From Candidatus Omnitrophota bacterium (GTDB lineage Bacteria; Omnitrophota; Gorgyraeia; Duberdicusellales; Duberdicusellaceae): a DNA stretch of 64,000 nucleotides. The notes below the pieces were generated by a model, which ran no database searches, was not told the DNA's origin, and saw only the letters and a list, made by a program, of their open reading frames with translations. The stretch spans positions 557 to 64,556 of the forward strand of contig JAGGSQ010000042.1 in assembly GCA_021159015.1 (NCBI GenBank). Direction: 5' to 3'. Numbering within the stretch: the first letter of the stretch is position 1; each line of letters begins with the position of its first letter. The translations under genes and the position numbers were made by a program. Shown in pieces: positions 61,411 to 64,000 of this stretch.

Positions 61411-61878
61411 TTAATTTTTAGTCTTTAACAGTTTGAGAAAATGGTTGGTTTTTTCCTGATAATTCTTCTTCGCCAAAGAAATAATACGCATAGCGAAAAT
61501 AGCCGCATTCAACGGCCCAGCACCTCCCACCGCCATAGTAGCTACCGGTACGCCTTTAGGCATCTGCAAAATAGAAAGCAAAGAATCTACGCCTTTAAAA
61601 ACCTTAGTAGGAATGGGCACGCCTATTACCGGTAAGAAAGTCTGAGCTGCCACTACCCCCGGAAGAGCCGCAGCGCCACCGGCGGAAGCAATTACTACTT
61701 TTATACCTCGTCTAGGCAGAGATTTTACATACTTCTCTAAGAGCTCACTGTCGCGATGGGCGGAAAGAATCTTTAACTCATAATCCACGCGACATTCCTC
61801 AAGCAAAGATAAGGTCTTTTCCCAATAAGGCAAATCGGACCTGCTCCCTAAAATTATAGAAATAAGCACGGTTTTCAT
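61411..61878 (-). CDS. purE: N5-CAIR mutase
   Basis: GSRSD, SAHR, AGGAAALPGV, PVIGVP, QMPKGVPVAT. Confidence 0.96.
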   Translation of the reverse strand: MKTVLISIILGSRSDLPYWEKTLSLLEECRVDYELKILSAHRDSELLEKYVKSLPRRGIKVVIASAGGAAALPGVVAAQTFLPVIGVPIPTKVFKGVDSLLSILQMPKGVPVATMAVGGAGPLNAAIFAMRIISLAKKNYQEKTNHFLKLLKTKN

Positions 61879-61885
61879 ATCCCCC

Positions 61886-63160
61886 CTAATTTTTCTTTAA
61901 AGCTTTATCGGCTATATCGCGCCGGAAAAACATATTTTCAAAATGTATTTTCTCTATAGCATGATAAGCTTTTTGTTTAGCCTCAGCAAGACTCTCTGCC
62001 AGAGCGCACACATTAAGCACTCTCCCTCCATTACTCAAAAGCCTGCTTCTTTCTTCATCAAGTTTTGTGCCGGCGTGAAATACAAAGGCGTCTTCTTCTG
62101 CCGCCTCTATCCCTCTTATTTCTTTTCCCTTCTCATAATTCCCCGGATATCCTCCCGAAGCCAGAACCACACATACGCAAGCTCTTCTATCCCACTCAAG
62201 ACTTACTTCTGAAAGATGTCCCTGAGCAGTTTTTACTAAAGCCTCCAGTAAATCCGATTTAAGCCGCGGCAGGACAGCCTGTGTCTCAGGATCGCCAAAC
62301 CTCACATTAAACTCTAAGACATAGGGAATACCTTCTTTTATCATCAGGCCCCCATAAAGCAAGCCACGGTAAATAGCTCCTTTCTTCCTCAAGCCTTCAA
62401 TAAGCGGTTTAAAAATCATATCCTGTGCCCTTTGCATAATCTCGCCTTCTAATACCGGAGCGGGAGAATAAGCACCCATGCCTCCTGTATTAGGGCCTCT
62501 ATCTCTCTCGTAGGCGCGCTTGTGGTCCTGAGAAGAAGCTAAAGGAACTATAGTCTCTCCATCGGTTAAAACGAGGAGTGAGGCTTCTCTGCCTGCTAAG
62601 AAATCTTCAATCAAAATTCTCTCTCCGGCTGAACCAAACTTTTTCTTAACCATTATCTCTTCTACCGCCTCCTCAGCTGCCTGATAGTTATCTACAACAA
62701 ATACTCCTTTCCCTGCCGCCAAACCATCGGCTTTAATTACAGCAGGATATTTTCTCTGACGCAAATATTTAAGGGCGGAAACAGAAGAGTTAAACACTTT
62801 AAAAGCGGCGGTGGGAATACCCAGGCTCTGCATAAGTTCTTTGGCATAAATCTTGCTGCCCTCCAGGCGGGCAAGCTCTCGAGAAGGACCGAAGGCAAGA
62901 ACCCTCTCTTTTGACAACTCATCCACCAGCCCTCCTACCAGCGGCGCCTCCGGGCCAATAACTACAAAGTCTATGTGATTATTGAGAACGAAGTTTGCTA
63001 CTGCTTTCGGTTCTTTAATATTGATATCTACGTTCTCTCCTAAAAAAGAGGTGCCGCCGTTGCCGGGGGCAAAATACAGCCTGCCGCATTGCGGCGATTG
63101 TTTGATTTTCCACCCCAGACAATGTTCTCTTCCTCCTGAACCAATAATTAAAATATTCAT
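61886..63160 (-). CDS. purD: Phosphoribosylamine-glycine ligase
   Basis: GSGGREH, KADGLAAGKGV, QDHKR, GPNTGGMGAYSP, EFNVRFGDPE. Confidence 0.97.
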   Translation of the reverse strand: MNILIIGSGGREHCLGWKIKQSPQCGRLYFAPGNGGTSFLGENVDINIKEPKAVANFVLNNHIDFVVIGPEAPLVGGLVDELSKERVLAFGPSRELARLEGSKIYAKELMQSLGIPTAAFKVFNSSVSALKYLRQRKYPAVIKADGLAAGKGVFVVDNYQAAEEAVEEIMVKKKFGSAGERILIEDFLAGREASLLVLTDGETIVPLASSQDHKRAYERDRGPNTGGMGAYSPAPVLEGEIMQRAQDMIFKPLIEGLRKKGAIYRGLLYGGLMIKEGIPYVLEFNVRFGDPETQAVLPRLKSDLLEALVKTAQGHLSEVSLEWDRRACVCVVLASGGYPGNYEKGKEIRGIEAAEEDAFVFHAGTKLDEERSRLLSNGGRVLNVCALAESLAEAKQKAYHAIEKIHFENMFFRRDIADKALKKN

Positions 63161-63196
63161 AGTTAAAGCTATTTAAAGCACCCCTATTTTACATAA

Positions 63197-64000
63197 TCAT
63201 AAAGACTCCACAATCTTCTTATACGCATCTAGAATATTGCCGGCAGTATATCTCCAATTGTATTTCTGTTCAATTCTTTTTCTGGCCCTCTCTCTAATCT
63301 TATCCTTTATCTCTGCTTTCTTCTCCCAGGCTAACAATATCCCCTCTGCTAAAGCTTTATGGGAACCCGGCTCCACTAATATTCCACATCCGCCTAACAT
63401 ATTTCTTACCTCTCCTACACAACTTGCCACTACAATTTTACCTACTGCCATATATTCGATAATCTTCAGAGGACTCTTACAACGGGTAACTTCGGTATAT
63501 TTAAAAGGGGCTACACAAATATCTGCCGCCGCGATATAGAAAGGTACTTCTTCATGAGGTATGGCGCCGGTAAAAATAACCTTCTCTTCCAAGCCTAGAT
63601 CAAATACTTGCTTTTGCAACTCATTCATCAGAAATCCTTCTCCTACAATTAGAAACTTCAGATGCGGGCTCTTATGCAGAACAATATTTGCAGCCCTAAT
63701 TAAAATATCTACATACTGAGCGCCATGCAATTGCCCTATATATAAAACCATTCCCCCTTCTATGCCATATTTGTCTCTTACCCATTGTCCGTCAATATCA
63801 AGCCTGAACTTTTCTAAATCCGCCCCCACCGGTGCGTCAAAAATATAATTTTCCTTCACGCCGAATTTACGGCTCATATTTTTTAGATGACTGCTAGCAC
63901 AAGATACAGAGTCTGCCAGCACCGGCAGCCATCTCTCCAGAAGCTTGAAAGAGACCCCAATGAATCTGGAATGTAAGCCTCTGCCACAGGACTCATACCA
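63197..64000 (-). CDS. Glycosyltransferase family 4 (5' end beyond the window)
   Basis: Frame open to the window edge; ADICVAP...KSPLKIIEYMAVGK GT-B motif. Confidence 0.88.
   Translation of the reverse strand, partial: WYESCGRGLHSRFIGVSFKLLERWLPVLADSVSCASSHLKNMSRKFGVKENYIFDAPVGADLEKFRLDIDGQWVRDKYGIEGGMVLYIGQLHGAQYVDILIRAANIVLHKSPHLKFLIVGEGFLMNELQKQVFDLGLEEKVIFTGAIPHEEVPFYIAAADICVAPFKYTEVTRCKSPLKIIEYMAVGKIVVASCVGEVRNMLGGCGILVEPGSHKALAEGILLAWEKKAEIKDKIRERARKRIEQKYNWRYTAGNILDAYKKIVESL

Overview
A 64 kb bacterial chromosome segment in which every credible gene lies on the minus strand. The organism is diderm (waaA, lpxK, LpxL-like acyltransferase, TpsB). Gene content and fusions resemble Candidatus Omnitrophota/PVC, but that assignment is my inference. 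The backbone is housekeeping: a LemA/TPM/nucleotidyltransferase triad, a V/A-type ATPase operon whose B subunit carries an in-frame TAA, lipid A genes, dprA-topA-xerC, aro genes with pilD, ilv/leu genes, nrdR, glyA, rpiB, a TsaC-phosphatase fusion, purE and purD. The canonical ilvB-ilvN-ilvC-leuA operon is split by a ~25 kb accessory block. In transcription order that block holds TpsB, a cyclic-di-GMP-I riboswitch, a ~6,600 aa TpsA/LktA-like adhesin, a REP-associated tyrosine transposase flanked by 33-bp palindromes, a SurA/PrsA-like chaperone, a 2TM-HAMP protein with no output domain, a secreted HEXXH peptidase-like protein and a decayed HAMP/HD-GYP gene. The best candidate for an undescribed system is this block read as a c-di-GMP-controlled giant-adhesin display/release module, analogous to LapADG/CdrAB but built from different parts. 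The second candidate is the RAYT with an unusual AT-rich REP family. No rRNA, tRNA or CRISPR array was seen.
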